A stretch of 64,000 bases of DNA, from positions 26,502-90,501 of the forward strand of contig JBIKUX010000011.1 of NCBI GenBank assembly GCA_044347345.1. The letters run 5' to 3'. Positions 38,053 through 49,001 of the stretch are shown piece by piece. This DNA comes from Bdellovibrionota bacterium (GTDB lineage Bacteria > Bdellovibrionota_C > UBA2361 > JBIKUX01). The position numbers and the translations under genes were made by a program. The notes beneath the pieces were generated by a model that was not told the DNA's origin, ran no database searches, and saw nothing but the letters and a program-made list of their open reading frames with translations. Position 1 is the first letter of the stretch. Each line of letters opens with the position of its first letter.

Positions 38053-39402
38053 ATGCTTTTTTCAGAGCGGCTTGGCGATAATAATCATAGATTTATTGAT
38101 AAGTTGTTATGTTATGATTTTTTCATAGTCTGTGTTCTTTTTAGTGTACTGTTTTGTGTATATAGCTACAGCAAAGTTATCACATCGTCAGATTCAATGT
38201 GGTCGATCTTTGTGGCTCGGTCCATCATCAATGATGGAGATTCTAATTTGCGAGAGTATTTACCACAAATTCGTCACCACAAGCGTTTCGGTGTAGAAAA
38301 ATACAAGCAGGGTTTTTATAATTTCTTTCCTCCTGGCCCATCTCTCTTTGCAGTACCATTTGTAGCCTTGTATGAAAGGTGCCCAGCTGACTGGATAATA
38401 AATATTCCAGGGTTTGAAAAGGCAAGCGCGGTAATTAAAGCTCATCCCAACAATGCTATTTACATTCGTCATGAGCTAGAGAGATTTGTTGCTAGTATTA
38501 TTACTGCAACTACGGCGGTTTTACTTTATCTTATCGCTAGGAATTATTCTGGACTGATTACGTCTCTATTTATAGCTACTTTATATGGATTAGCCACTCC
38601 GGCGTGGTCTACGACAAGTCGAGCACTTTGGCAACATGCTCCATCTGCATTTCTTCTTACAACAACTCTCATGTTGTTTATTACTTCAAAAACACGACAT
38701 GTTTTGGCGGGATTTAGTGGAGTATTACTTATGTTTGCTTATGTAGTACGTCCTACAAATTTGTTAAGTATATTAGTATGGGCTGTGCTTATCTATCGGC
38801 ACAGACGCTCTGGTTTTTGGTTGTATTGTTTGACTATATTGGGATGTGGAGCGATTTTTTGTTTTTGGAGTAAATCAGTTTTTGGAACAATGCTGCCAAA
38901 ATATTTTCATCCTGGAAGAGGTGGAACAAATCCGGATTTTATAATGGCTATAGCCGCTAATCTTTTTAGTCCATCTAGAGGGCTTTTTATTTTTTCGCCG
39001 TGGTTGTTGCTTTCTTTTTGGTCATTTTTTCCTAATTCTTCTTTAAAGGTGCCCGAAATTATCCCCTATCTTTGGAGCATTATTATTTTACACTTACTAG
39101 TAGTTTCATCATTTGGAGTTTGGTGGGGAGGTCATTCATATGGCCCTCGTTTTATGAGCGACATTGTTCCTTTTTTGTCGCTTCTTACTTTACCCCTCAT
39201 AAGTGATATTTTAAGTAGGTCGTATCATTATTGGAAAACTGGGTTAATTTCGTTTGTAGCCACCGGTGTTATTAGCTTATGGATTCATGCAAAAGGAGCA
39301 ATGTCGGTTGCTGGAGTAGGTTGGAATGTTACGCCGCATAATATAGATAATTTACCGATGCGAGTGTGGGATTGGTATGACCCTCAATGGTTACGAGACT
39401 AA
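38053..39402 (+). CDS. GT-C-like multi-pass membrane glycosyltransferase
   Basis: SSDS first-loop motif, ALWQH, VRPTN, LFSPSRGLFIFSP, WWGGHSYGPRF. Confidence 0.7.
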   Translation: MLFSERLGDNNHRFIDKLLCYDFFIVCVLFSVLFCVYSYSKVITSSDSMWSIFVARSIINDGDSNLREYLPQIRHHKRFGVEKYKQGFYNFFPPGPSLFAVPFVALYERCPADWIINIPGFEKASAVIKAHPNNAIYIRHELERFVASIITATTAVLLYLIARNYSGLITSLFIATLYGLATPAWSTTSRALWQHAPSAFLLTTTLMLFITSKTRHVLAGFSGVLLMFAYVVRPTNLLSILVWAVLIYRHRRSGFWLYCLTILGCGAIFCFWSKSVFGTMLPKYFHPGRGGTNPDFIMAIAANLFSPSRGLFIFSPWLLLSFWSFFPNSSLKVPEIIPYLWSIIILHLLVVSSFGVWWGGHSYGPRFMSDIVPFLSLLTLPLISDILSRSYHYWKTGLISFVATGVISLWIHAKGAMSVAGVGWNVTPHNIDNLPMRVWDWYDPQWLRD

Positions 39403-39431
39403 TTAGTTATATCATGGTCTAAAACTATTAA

Positions 39432-42233
39432 TTATCCAGTATTTTTCATTCCACTTGCTATACCATTTATACTGAGCTGGATATTTTTCAGAAGCTCTGA
39501 TTTTTCTTTTTCTGTAGTAGTGCGTGAGCGGTACCGGCGTAATAGATCAACTTGGATATAATTTAGCGGATCAAGATATCTGTTTCTTGCTGATAGGTAA
39601 CCCTTAAGTGTGGGGTTACTCTCAAGTAGAGATTTTTGGTTAGTAATATCCATAATTATACTAACAGTGCGACTGTATTCCTCAGTTAAACTGTTAACAA
39701 GTGAAGTGCCAATATCTTTATTTTCAACTAGTGAACCGTATCTTGTGAGAATATTCATATCGGCTTTAGCTAAAGTCATTTCACAATTAGCAATAATATT
39801 ACTAAAGAAACTCCAGCAATTGTACATAGTGCTAAGAATAGCCAAGCCATTTTCATTTTGGTCTATAAAATTTTTACAAGCAGTGCCTACACCGTACCAG
39901 GTGGGAAATAAACAACGATTTTGTGTCCAGCTAAAAACCCAAGGTACTGCTCTTATATCTTTTATTCCTCCCGATAGTGTTCTTTTTGAAGGACGAGAGC
40001 CAATATTTAATGTGCTTAGTTCTTTGAATGGTGTGGCTTGAAGAAAAAATTCAGGAAAGCGGGTATCTGTAATAAAGGCTTGATACATCTCAAAGGATGT
40101 TTTTGAAAGTTGGTTCATTACCTGATCCCACTCGCTAGACTCATTTTGAGCAAGTGCTCCCGCGCTTGAAAGTAGTGTAGCGTTTATCATCTCCTCAAGA
40201 TTTCGTTGGGCGATAACAGAGTGAGAGTAATTAGTGGAGATCATTTCTCCTTGTTCTGTAACACGGAGCGACCCTGAGATAGTACCAGGCGGTTGGGCTA
40301 AAATAGCTCGGTTAAGTGGTCCGCCACCACCTCGTCCAGTAGTACCACCACGACCATGAAAGATTCGTAGCTTTATTCCGTGCTTAGAGCACACCTCATG
40401 AATGGCTTTTTGAGCTCTATATAATTCCCAGTGTGAGGTAAAATAACCACCGTCTTTATTGGAATCACTATAACCAATCATTACTTCTTGAAGGTTATCT
40501 CTAGCAGCAAGATGAAGACAGTATACGGAGTATGAGAATAATGTTTTAAGAACTGCGGGTGCATTTTGTAGATCTTCAATAGTCTCAAAAAGAGGCACAA
40601 CATTGATTGAGCTAGAAACGGTGCCGTCTTTGTGTAACTTTACCAAGCCTGCCTCTTTTGCTAGGAGTAGCACGGCGAGAATATCGCTTGGATGCTCTGA
40701 CATGCTGATAATATAGTTTTCAATCGCACGTGATCCAAATTTATGTTGAGCTTTTCGTATGACATGAAAAACATCGAGGACTTTTTGAGACTGCTCGGAT
40801 AAGTTGGTGTTTATACTCACAAGAGGGCGCGTGCTATTTAATTCACGCAAAAGAAGAGTTGCTTTCGTTATTTCATCATCATTTAGATATGAATCTGTAA
40901 CGCCAGAAGATGTAAATACATCATTTAAAGTGGATAGATGCAATTCACTATGTTCACGTACATCTATAGTGGCAAAGTAGAATCCAAATATTTTTATCTG
41001 TAGCTTGAGAGGCGAAATGATAGTACGTGCAATGCGTTCTCCGTTATTGTTTATAAGACTTTGTTCAATTTGTTTTATATCATCGAGAAAATGGTGTGCG
41101 GACTGGTATGAAAGCTGGCTATCTGGAGTAAGTCTAGAAGCGATTAATCGTTGTCTTATTATAAATAACTTTACTCTATAGTGTTCGTGATGATAATGGG
41201 GAGCAAGTTTTTGATAAAGTTCCGGAAATTCTGTAAGTAGCCTTTTGTTATCTTCAATAAGTTCGTTTGAACATCCAATTCTGTCTGACGACTGGCTTAT
41301 ACGCCGAAATAATTTCTGTACTTCTCTTTCATAAAGTTGAAGAATTACTTCTCGTTGATAACTTAGTGCTTCAAGGGTTGTAATAGGTGTAACAAATGGA
41401 TTTCCATCTCGGTCTCCACCAACCCAACTACCGAATCTAATGATTAAAGGTAGGTCAGCATAATATTCGTGATAGTACTCATTTAACGCAGTTCTTAGTT
41501 GCTCGTACACCTTAGGAATTAGCGCGAATAGAGTTGATTCGAGGTAAAAAACGACGTTTTTTACTTCATCCATTACTCTCAGCTTGGTTAGTCTTACTTC
41601 ATCAGTTTGCCATAAAATAGTAAGTTCAGTTAGAAGCTCCTCTTGAAAGTATTTACTTTTACTGGGAGAAGTTGTTGAGCCATTTAAATCTTCAATGAGT
41701 CTAAGAATCCGGTCGAGTATATCCAGTACGGTGCGTCTTTTTGCTTCAGTTGGATGAGCTGTTAAAACTGGAACTATCGCTAGATTTGTTAATAGGTGAT
41801 TTACTTCAGTTACATCTAATCCCTTAGTTTTTAATTCAGATATACTTTGTCGAATTGATGACGGTACAACTGTACTATAAGAATTTAAGAGACGAGTTTG
41901 AGTGATGGTATCGTGCTGCTCGGAGATATTTACAAGTTGAAAGTATATAGTAAAAGCTCGCAGCATCATTTCAGCTTGTTGAGCATTCAAATCAGAAGTA
42001 AGTCGTATAAGCGCTTCGGTAACTTTAACATCTGATGTTCTTCTTACTTCACCAGCAGCAAATCTAATTTGCTCCTCTTGTTCTAATATAGTGGAGCCAG
42101 CCTGTTCTTTAATTACCACTCCCAGCTGTCCTCCTAAATATCTTATAAGATCTCTGAGAGATTCAAAAATGGTATCTAAATCTTTAGGGATTGGCTGTTC
42201 ATCGGAAGATTGTTGTACAATTTTATCTATCAT
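39432..42233 (-). CDS. ppc: Phosphoenolpyruvate carboxylase
   Basis: VLTAHPTE, WVGGDRDGNP, QEVMIGYSDSNKDGG, FHGRGG, RAVPWVFSWTQ, GMKNTG. Confidence 0.97.
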   Translation of the reverse strand: MIDKIVQQSSDEQPIPKDLDTIFESLRDLIRYLGGQLGVVIKEQAGSTILEQEEQIRFAAGEVRRTSDVKVTEALIRLTSDLNAQQAEMMLRAFTIYFQLVNISEQHDTITQTRLLNSYSTVVPSSIRQSISELKTKGLDVTEVNHLLTNLAIVPVLTAHPTEAKRRTVLDILDRILRLIEDLNGSTTSPSKSKYFQEELLTELTILWQTDEVRLTKLRVMDEVKNVVFYLESTLFALIPKVYEQLRTALNEYYHEYYADLPLIIRFGSWVGGDRDGNPFVTPITTLEALSYQREVILQLYEREVQKLFRRISQSSDRIGCSNELIEDNKRLLTEFPELYQKLAPHYHHEHYRVKLFIIRQRLIASRLTPDSQLSYQSAHHFLDDIKQIEQSLINNNGERIARTIISPLKLQIKIFGFYFATIDVREHSELHLSTLNDVFTSSGVTDSYLNDDEITKATLLLRELNSTRPLVSINTNLSEQSQKVLDVFHVIRKAQHKFGSRAIENYIISMSEHPSDILAVLLLAKEAGLVKLHKDGTVSSSINVVPLFETIEDLQNAPAVLKTLFSYSVYCLHLAARDNLQEVMIGYSDSNKDGGYFTSHWELYRAQKAIHEVCSKHGIKLRIFHGRGGTTGRGGGGPLNRAILAQPPGTISGSLRVTEQGEMISTNYSHSVIAQRNLEEMINATLLSSAGALAQNESSEWDQVMNQLSKTSFEMYQAFITDTRFPEFFLQATPFKELSTLNIGSRPSKRTLSGGIKDIRAVPWVFSWTQNRCLFPTWYGVGTACKNFIDQNENGLAILSTMYNCWSFFSNIIANCEMTLAKADMNILTRYGSLVENKDIGTSLVNSLTEEYSRTVSIIMDITNQKSLLESNPTLKGYLSARNRYLDPLNYIQVDLLRRYRSRTTTEKEKSELLKNIQLSINGIASGMKNTG

Positions 42234-42302
42234 CTTACGTCTCTTAGTTATGAGGCTTAAGGTACATGTGGCTTAAAAAGCTAAGTAGAGATTGTAAAAT
42301 TC

Positions 42303-43679
42303 ATGATTAAAGAAATTTGGCCGTTATTTTATGTTTTTTTAAAGTTTAGTTTACTGCTAGCTACTGCCTTAATGACACCGTTAATTTTATTAGAGAGTGT
42401 TAATTCTGAAGAATCTTCTACTATACCTGTTCCTAAACAACAGAGTAGTTCATTAATTCGTAGTAATTCCCCCAATGGTGAAGAGCTTAAGGGTGCTACT
42501 TGCACAGTTACTAGTACAGAAGTAAAGGGAGCATTGACTCGAAAAGAGATATATTTTCAGTCGCTATCTTGGCAAGGCACAGTTTGGAATCACCGGATTG
42601 TTATCTTTATTCCTGACAAAGAACAGTATGTGAATCATACCTATCTGCTCGTGTCTGGCTCTGGGACTCTGGCTGATGAAGAGCATGAAGTCATGGAAGT
42701 TTCTTCTCAATATGGTGTAAGTGGAGTAGTCTTAAGTGACATCCCTAACCAGCCTACATTTGGCAATAGAAAAGAAGATAATCTCTTAGCATTTACTTTT
42801 CACCGATTTTTTGAAAACGGTGATCCGACAATTCCTGCGCTTCTACCGATGAGAAAAGCTGTTTCTCGCGCCATGGATTGTATTTCAATGATAATACCTG
42901 CAACAGATAACTCTAAAAGAAAATTTATTGTATCAGGGGCTTCAAAGCGGGGTTGGACAACTTGGCTTGTTGGATTAAATGATACTCGAGTTGTAGCCAT
43001 TGCTCCGCGAGTTTTTGAGATGATAAATATTTCAGCCCAACTCAAATGGGCAAAAGAAAAAAATGGTTCTCAAAGCGATAAATTAAGACCTTATACAGAA
43101 TTTGGTTTGACTGAGAGAATTGATGAACCAAGAGGGAGAGAACTTCTTAAGTTAATTGACCCATTTGAGAGTATTAGTCAAAGAGAGCTTATTGTTTTAT
43201 CTGCAATTGGGGCAAATGACCCTTATTGGTTAATCGATTCCTCTCAACATTATTGGGATAAGGTACTGGGGCAAAAAGCTATGATAGTTGTGCCAAATGT
43301 TGGGCATAAGTTAGGTAAAGATAAGGTATTTAAAAATTCTCTAATGGCATGGATTGGGAAGGTTTTGCGAAACGAAGCGATACCAACCATGTCACTCACT
43401 AATCAAATGGGTACGGACATGGTTAGTTGCACTGTATCGTCGGAACAACCGCAAAAAATGTCATTATGGTATGCAGATTCTGCTGACTATGATTTTCGAG
43501 ATGCAATTTGGCTTGAGCAACCCATGACTCGGAATACTAAAGACAACAGGAACGATGAATGGTGTGGAAAATTACCGCCTCGTTGCTTTAAACGGTATTG
43601 TGCTTATTTTACAATGGCTGATCTTCAGGGTGGTTCCTTTCCTATAAGCACTCCTCCAAAGGTATTTATACCTAATTAG
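42303..43679 (+). CDS. PqaA-family alpha/beta hydrolase-fold protein, exported
   Basis: IPNQP, EDNLLAFT, PMRKAVSRAMD, SGASKRGWTTWL, GANDPYW, PNVGH. Confidence 0.85.
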   Translation: MIKEIWPLFYVFLKFSLLLATALMTPLILLESVNSEESSTIPVPKQQSSSLIRSNSPNGEELKGATCTVTSTEVKGALTRKEIYFQSLSWQGTVWNHRIVIFIPDKEQYVNHTYLLVSGSGTLADEEHEVMEVSSQYGVSGVVLSDIPNQPTFGNRKEDNLLAFTFHRFFENGDPTIPALLPMRKAVSRAMDCISMIIPATDNSKRKFIVSGASKRGWTTWLVGLNDTRVVAIAPRVFEMINISAQLKWAKEKNGSQSDKLRPYTEFGLTERIDEPRGRELLKLIDPFESISQRELIVLSAIGANDPYWLIDSSQHYWDKVLGQKAMIVVPNVGHKLGKDKVFKNSLMAWIGKVLRNEAIPTMSLTNQMGTDMVSCTVSSEQPQKMSLWYADSADYDFRDAIWLEQPMTRNTKDNRNDEWCGKLPPRCFKRYCAYFTMADLQGGSFPISTPPKVFIPN

Positions 43680-43718
43680 ATGAATATAAAAGAAACGGAG
43701 TGTTAGATTGTTTTATTT

Positions 43719-44816
43719 TTAGAGTAAAACATCCCAAATCCAAACAAGGCTATCAAGCGGAGCCTTTAGAATACGGTATGGTATGCTTTGCCAGGAAAAT
43801 CCCGATTCATTGAATTGTTTTCTATAAAATCGAATAGCTTCGCTTTCTACATAATCAAATGGGAAAATAGTGGCTCCAGGGATTGGTGGAAATAGTTTTA
43901 CAAGTTGAGTAAAAAGTAGCGCAACATAATGGTCAGCAAGTAAGATGATGGTCTCAGGATTTCCTATATCTCGGCGAAGTTTCATTCCACTTTTAAATGG
44001 TACTGTAGAATCAAATGCCGCTAATACGAGAAGAGTATTACGAGGATTGATGTAATGAGATAAATTTTTGGGGTCAGTAATTATCTTTTTTTCTAGGATG
44101 GAGAAAATTTCATCTTCAGACAGATTCCTGTCATCTCCTATCGTCTTTATATACTTTCTTATTCCGGGTTGATCAGAGCGACGAAACAGATTAACCAGTT
44201 CTGTTCCTCCTAAAACCAGAACATTATGAGCTAGTCTGCTATCGACTCCGGCTGTCATTGCTACATTAATGGCGCCCCTACTGATTCCAAACGAACCGAA
44301 TTGTTTTTTTCCGAGATGTTTTTCAAAAAAATCGAGAGCAATTCGATCTCGAATTACGTTATCGCGAAAAGTTTCTTCAATCGAATCAAAATTTTCTGGA
44401 TCTCGAAATTCGTCTGACCGGTGAACGATGGCAGTGTCAAAGCCATTTCTTGCAATATAGTCGGCAAAATATGATTCGATTAAATTATTTCCTCCAAGAA
44501 CCGGGAAGACCAAAACAAGAGAGTCTGAGGATGATGAAGAGTTAAAATAGTCTAACCATATTGGCCCTACATCACTAGCTAGTCGAAATCTTTGTATACG
44601 GTAATTTTTGTATTCTGTTGTGCTAATCTCCTGAACATCACGATAAGAATTTTGAGGTTGGTAATAGACCTTTAGAGTTTCCGGAAGCTCGTTGGTTGTT
44701 TTTTTAGATTCTTTCGATGCTGGTATTGTAACGCATCCAACGGCGAAACCAGTAGCAGCTATGATTAAGCCTAATAAAGATATTCTTGCTTTCATGGCTA
44801 TTTTAAATTGTTTCAA
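43719..44816 (-). CDS. Alpha/beta-hydrolase lipoprotein
   Basis: Lipobox AVGC; GISRG nucleophile elbow; FDSTVP Asp; ADHY His. Confidence 0.75.
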   Translation of the reverse strand: MKQFKIAMKARISLLGLIIAATGFAVGCVTIPASKESKKTTNELPETLKVYYQPQNSYRDVQEISTTEYKNYRIQRFRLASDVGPIWLDYFNSSSSSDSLVLVFPVLGGNNLIESYFADYIARNGFDTAIVHRSDEFRDPENFDSIEETFRDNVIRDRIALDFFEKHLGKKQFGSFGISRGAINVAMTAGVDSRLAHNVLVLGGTELVNLFRRSDQPGIRKYIKTIGDDRNLSEDEIFSILEKKIITDPKNLSHYINPRNTLLVLAAFDSTVPFKSGMKLRRDIGNPETIILLADHYVALLFTQLVKLFPPIPGATIFPFDYVESEAIRFYRKQFNESGFSWQSIPYRILKAPLDSLVWIWDVLL

Positions 44817-44857
44817 ATAACTCTTTAGATGAGTGATTTGAGATAAACAGTAATGTC

Positions 44858-46186
44858 TTACGGTAGCGTTTCATTAGACGAAGAAGGTAAGAATTGTTTA
44901 AGGCTCACCCAAGTGTACGGCGACTCACTGGCTCTCTGACCTCTTGCTGGAGCGTTATTTACCCAAAATTGTAGCTTATCGGGTTGGTAAATAACGTTTT
45001 GAAAATTAGAGTTCATTGCAAAAAGTGGTATAAGCTCCTCTTTGATTGTTTCTAGCGAAACATTTCCATTAAAAGCTGAGAGTTTTTGTGCCATTTTTTC
45101 CGAGAAATGACCTCCGTATACAGTGTTTGGGATTGCTGGGAGATTATGCTCACCCTCTACTAAGGATTGTCCGGGATGAAATATTAGAAAACGGTCTGGA
45201 TCGCGTACATACAGTTCAGCTTCTCGCCGCTTGCCATCTGCCATCAGAAAAACATAAGAATTTTCACCCTTGGCACTAGAGATAATTGAACGTACTTCTT
45301 TGAGAGAAGATGCTTTTAGCATTATTTCTCTCAAAAGAAATGGCATGGGCATGCCTCTTAGAGTTTCGTTTGGTGGGCTTCCGTAACCCATTTCGCCTAA
45401 GGTGATTCCCTGAGCATTCATTCCGGATACTGCACCAAGAAATCCTATCCAGCCGATATTAGCGTATTTAATGTTTGGTTTCTCATTTGTATCACCCTCA
45501 GGAACGACAATAGTGATAAGGGGATATTCATGAAGTTTAGAAATTTTATGCAGTCCCCAATCTAGAATACGCACTACAAACTGATTATCTCCTACGGTTG
45601 AAAAATTGCTGCATGATGTTCCTAGGTCAGGGTACTCTCCTTTGGCTAAACCTTTAACCCTATCTCTTACTGCTTTTTTGCCTCCCCATTCACTCATAGA
45701 TGGAAGAGTATGAAAGGCATGTACCATTCGGAGAGGGAGTCGTGCACCATGAGCTAAACCGTGCATTTCTTCAATAGCACTTTGTGGAATATAAGGGCGT
45801 AGTCGCTCATAGGCTTCATCAAAAAGCTCATCGCTTAAAAAAGTAGCTACACCATTGTTGTACATGGTAAGAATGTTGTCTCGTACTTGTTCCCTGAGAA
45901 GTACTCCGTGTTGATATCCGCGTTCGTAGGGAGTTCCTCTGACAGTTAGTACTCTAATACGACCGTCGTCAGTCCAGGTGAGCGATGCTTTTTGAAGTAC
46001 TTTTTTTTCATCAAGTGCTGAGGTAATTCGGTCGCTCCGAACATAGGGATGCATCATATCGACTCTTAGATATGCACAACCTGTTTTACTTAAACTTAAA
46101 AGCCCAAAGAGTAATAACGAGAATTTTTTTCCAAAAAAAGGTATTTTTTTTTGAGTCATTAAATGAAAAAGCCAAGTTTTATTCAT
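44858..46186 (-). CDS. C45-family Ntn-hydrolase (acyltransferase / acid-ceramidase-like)
   Basis: GTPYERGYQHG, EEMHGLAHGA, S|CSNF autocleavage Cys, RILDW, SGMNAQGI. Confidence 0.82.
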   Translation of the reverse strand: MNKTWLFHLMTQKKIPFFGKKFSLLLFGLLSLSKTGCAYLRVDMMHPYVRSDRITSALDEKKVLQKASLTWTDDGRIRVLTVRGTPYERGYQHGVLLREQVRDNILTMYNNGVATFLSDELFDEAYERLRPYIPQSAIEEMHGLAHGARLPLRMVHAFHTLPSMSEWGGKKAVRDRVKGLAKGEYPDLGTSCSNFSTVGDNQFVVRILDWGLHKISKLHEYPLITIVVPEGDTNEKPNIKYANIGWIGFLGAVSGMNAQGITLGEMGYGSPPNETLRGMPMPFLLREIMLKASSLKEVRSIISSAKGENSYVFLMADGKRREAELYVRDPDRFLIFHPGQSLVEGEHNLPAIPNTVYGGHFSEKMAQKLSAFNGNVSLETIKEELIPLFAMNSNFQNVIYQPDKLQFWVNNAPARGQRASESPYTWVSLKQFLPSSSNETLP

Positions 46187-46547
46187 AGGATAATTACATA
46201 GTGGAGTCTTTTAGTTTCTTTTATTATAGGTTTAGTTGCGCTAACTCACGAGATTCTTCTTTTTTGAGTGGAAAACAATTTATGATCTTTGTAATGGCTT
46301 TATTGGAGAACGCTACCCATATATCAACTAATGTTTGCTCATTGACATTACTGGCTCGACACCGTGATACTTCTCGGTGACCGCATCTCTTCGTTGTGTC
46401 GCAACAATTTTCTCTAAAACCTTTGTCACACGCGAGTTATTAGATTGTGAGCCTTTTTCGCGCTTATTGCCTCGAATGCGCTCGCTTAGCGATGTTTTAA
46501 CAAAATGGCATGATGGTAGGGTTATTATTTCCAAATGGTAGGTTTTA

Positions 46548-47972
46548 ATGGAAAGAGAGAATCTCTATTTTAAAAATAGTTTTTATTGCTTGTTTGTTTT
46601 CGTCCTCTTTCTAGCTTACCGAGCTGAGGGGCAAAGTGATATTCAAAAGGACGATTCTCCTCAAGTACCAGAGAGTCAAATAGCTGTAGTAGGTCAGAGA
46701 TTATCATCAGGGATTTTGTCTTTAGAGGAAGCTATAACTTTAGCTTCTTATCACAATTATAATGTGAGGCAGTTGCGGCAAGTTTTATCCGAGCGTGACT
46801 CACAGGTTGTTTCGGCTCGTGGTAGGCTATTGCCTAAGGTAGTTGCTAATTCAAACTATACTCAAACAGATCCAGATCGACTCCCGAGCTTTCAAGGTCG
46901 GACTTTTGGTGTTGAACAGGCCTGGAATGCCGATTTAGAAATTCAGCAACAAATTTTTGCAGGGGGTAAAATTTGGGACAGTTATGTGCAATCAAAGCTT
47001 GTACGTGACGCATCGAGATATGCCCTCGATGAAGCCATTCTAGAAGCTAAATTGCAGGCTACATCGTTCTATTATGGTGTAGCCTTAGCTAAAGCTCGGA
47101 TAGGGGTTAATGAAAAGTTAGTTGCACTTAGAAAAAATCTTGTTGAATCTGAGCAGAGTCGATTAAAAGCAGGAACTGTATCAAGATTTAATGTGCTTCG
47201 AGCAGAAGTTTCTCTTGCTAATGCGCAGCCTCCTTTAATTAGAGCTCGTAACGATGAACGAATAAGTCGTGAAGATTTGAGTCAAGTAATAGGTTTACCC
47301 ATTGATACTGCTGTTACCGTAGAGGCAATTCCACGAGTTGTATCGCTTCATGAGTTACCTTCTTATGAAAATTTAATCGTATATGCAGAGCTAAGACCAG
47401 ATTTAAAGCGTTTAGCTGCCATTAGAGAAGCAGAAGATAGAGGTATAAGTGTAGCTCGAGCCGATATTTTTCCGGAGTTAGCGCTTTTTGGGAGTTACGG
47501 TACTCAGGGGTCACCTTTTAGTAATAGTGTTAATGAGCGGCTTGAGGGATGGCGTGCGGGCGTTCGAGGTTCTTGGAATTTGTTTGATTCCGGTGATACT
47601 TATGGTGCGATTGATGCAGCTCGCGCACGTAAAAAGCAAGCAGAGATAGCTTTGGAGGAGCGATTAAATCGTATACGAATTGATGTGCGTCGAGCTCTTT
47701 CTCGCTTACAGCAAGCATTGGAGCTAGTATCAGCATCACAACAAGTAGTTGTTGAGGCTGAAGAATCACTTAGACTTGCTCGTGCTCGTGAAGAAGTGGG
47801 AGCAGCTATTCAATTAGACGTTTTGCAGGGTCAGTTATCACTAACTGAAGCAGAGACAAACCAGATAGAAGCCTCTTATGAGTATTACGTTGCACTAGCA
47901 GAATTAGGAAGAGCGACAGGCGTTATCAACCCATTGTTAGTTGCAGATTTTAAAGCGACTTCCAATTTTTAA
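46548..47972 (+). CDS. TolC-family outer membrane efflux protein
   Basis: Signal peptide, LSLEEAI, two OEP repeats, RPDL, LAELGRATG. Confidence 0.9.
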   Translation: MERENLYFKNSFYCLFVFVLFLAYRAEGQSDIQKDDSPQVPESQIAVVGQRLSSGILSLEEAITLASYHNYNVRQLRQVLSERDSQVVSARGRLLPKVVANSNYTQTDPDRLPSFQGRTFGVEQAWNADLEIQQQIFAGGKIWDSYVQSKLVRDASRYALDEAILEAKLQATSFYYGVALAKARIGVNEKLVALRKNLVESEQSRLKAGTVSRFNVLRAEVSLANAQPPLIRARNDERISREDLSQVIGLPIDTAVTVEAIPRVVSLHELPSYENLIVYAELRPDLKRLAAIREAEDRGISVARADIFPELALFGSYGTQGSPFSNSVNERLEGWRAGVRGSWNLFDSGDTYGAIDAARARKKQAEIALEERLNRIRIDVRRALSRLQQALELVSASQQVVVEAEESLRLARAREEVGAAIQLDVLQGQLSLTEAETNQIEASYEYYVALAELGRATGVINPLLVADFKATSNF

Positions 47973-47987
47973 ATAATTGAAAATTAT

Positions 47988-49001
47988 TTAAAAATAAATT
48001 CTTTGATTTTGTCCTATCAGTGCCTCAGCAATTCTGGCGGCTCCAGTGAGTCCAGCACGCTCATCACGAATGACTACTAAAGGCGTTGCTTCAACAATAG
48101 GGCTTAGGCGTCCTTTTGCTAAATAGCTGGCAGTGACTGCAGATCGTTCAAGAAATTTGATTACTTTCGGCGCTATTCCTCCACCAATAAATATTCCACC
48201 AGTAGCTAAATAGGTTAGGAGCACATTGCCAGCATGCGCTCCTAAGATGCGAGCGAAAATCTCCATAGTGTGCTCACACATAGCACACTCTCCATTTATT
48301 GCAGCTTCAGCAATTACTTGAGGGGCGGGGTATAGTTGCGTCCGTTCCCATATAGCACTCTTAATGCGCTCACGTTTGGTATCGCGAAGAAAAGCAAAAA
48401 TATTGTAAATTCCTGGACCTGAGCACAGACGCTCAACGCTCACTCGTTTCAGAGTTTTAAGAAGATATTGAAATAGATCCCATTCGAGCGAAGATGTCGG
48501 AGCAAAATTAACGTGACCGCCTTCAGAACTAAATACTCTGATGCCATCTATTTGCTTTGCAACCATTGCTTGACCAAGGCCAGTACCAGGGGCAACTACT
48601 GCCGAAATTGAACTGTTTGTTAGTTGGTTATTTCCTCTGTGTAGTATAGTTAAATCATCTTGATGAAGATAAGGAATCAGTGCTGCAACTGCTCCGAGGT
48701 CGTTTACAAGTTTTACTTGAGGAATTGAAAGAGTCTCGCTTAATTCAGATTCAGATAAATTCCAAGGGAGATTTGTTGTTGAGACATTACCATTATTAAC
48801 TGGACCAGGAACTCCAAAGCAGGCTGATAAAGGCTTTAGGGATTTCGCTGCAAGGAAAGATTCAATAATTGGCACCAAGCTCGGATATTCTTGACTTTTG
48901 AAACGTGCTTGATGACAACAATGAAAAGATTCACCGCTTCTTTCATACAGTGCGAGCCTAGTAGAGGTTCCTCCGATGTCACCGGCTAAAAATGCCACCA
49001 T
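47988..49001 (-). CDS. glk: Glucokinase
   Basis: LAGDIGGT, GVPGPV, TNLPW, NDL, PGTGLG, SEGGH, GGGIAPK. Confidence 0.93.
   Translation of the reverse strand: MVAFLAGDIGGTSTRLALYERSGESFHCCHQARFKSQEYPSLVPIIESFLAAKSLKPLSACFGVPGPVNNGNVSTTNLPWNLSESELSETLSIPQVKLVNDLGAVAALIPYLHQDDLTILHRGNNQLTNSSISAVVAPGTGLGQAMVAKQIDGIRVFSSEGGHVNFAPTSSLEWDLFQYLLKTLKRVSVERLCSGPGIYNIFAFLRDTKRERIKSAIWERTQLYPAPQVIAEAAINGECAMCEHTMEIFARILGAHAGNVLLTYLATGGIFIGGGIAPKVIKFLERSAVTASYLAKGRLSPIVEATPLVVIRDERAGLTGAARIAEALIGQNQRIYF

Noticed and set aside
46328..46534. 68-aa minus-strand ORF upstream of the C45 gene
   Set aside because: TTG start, no RBS or motif, and it would occupy the TolC promoter region.
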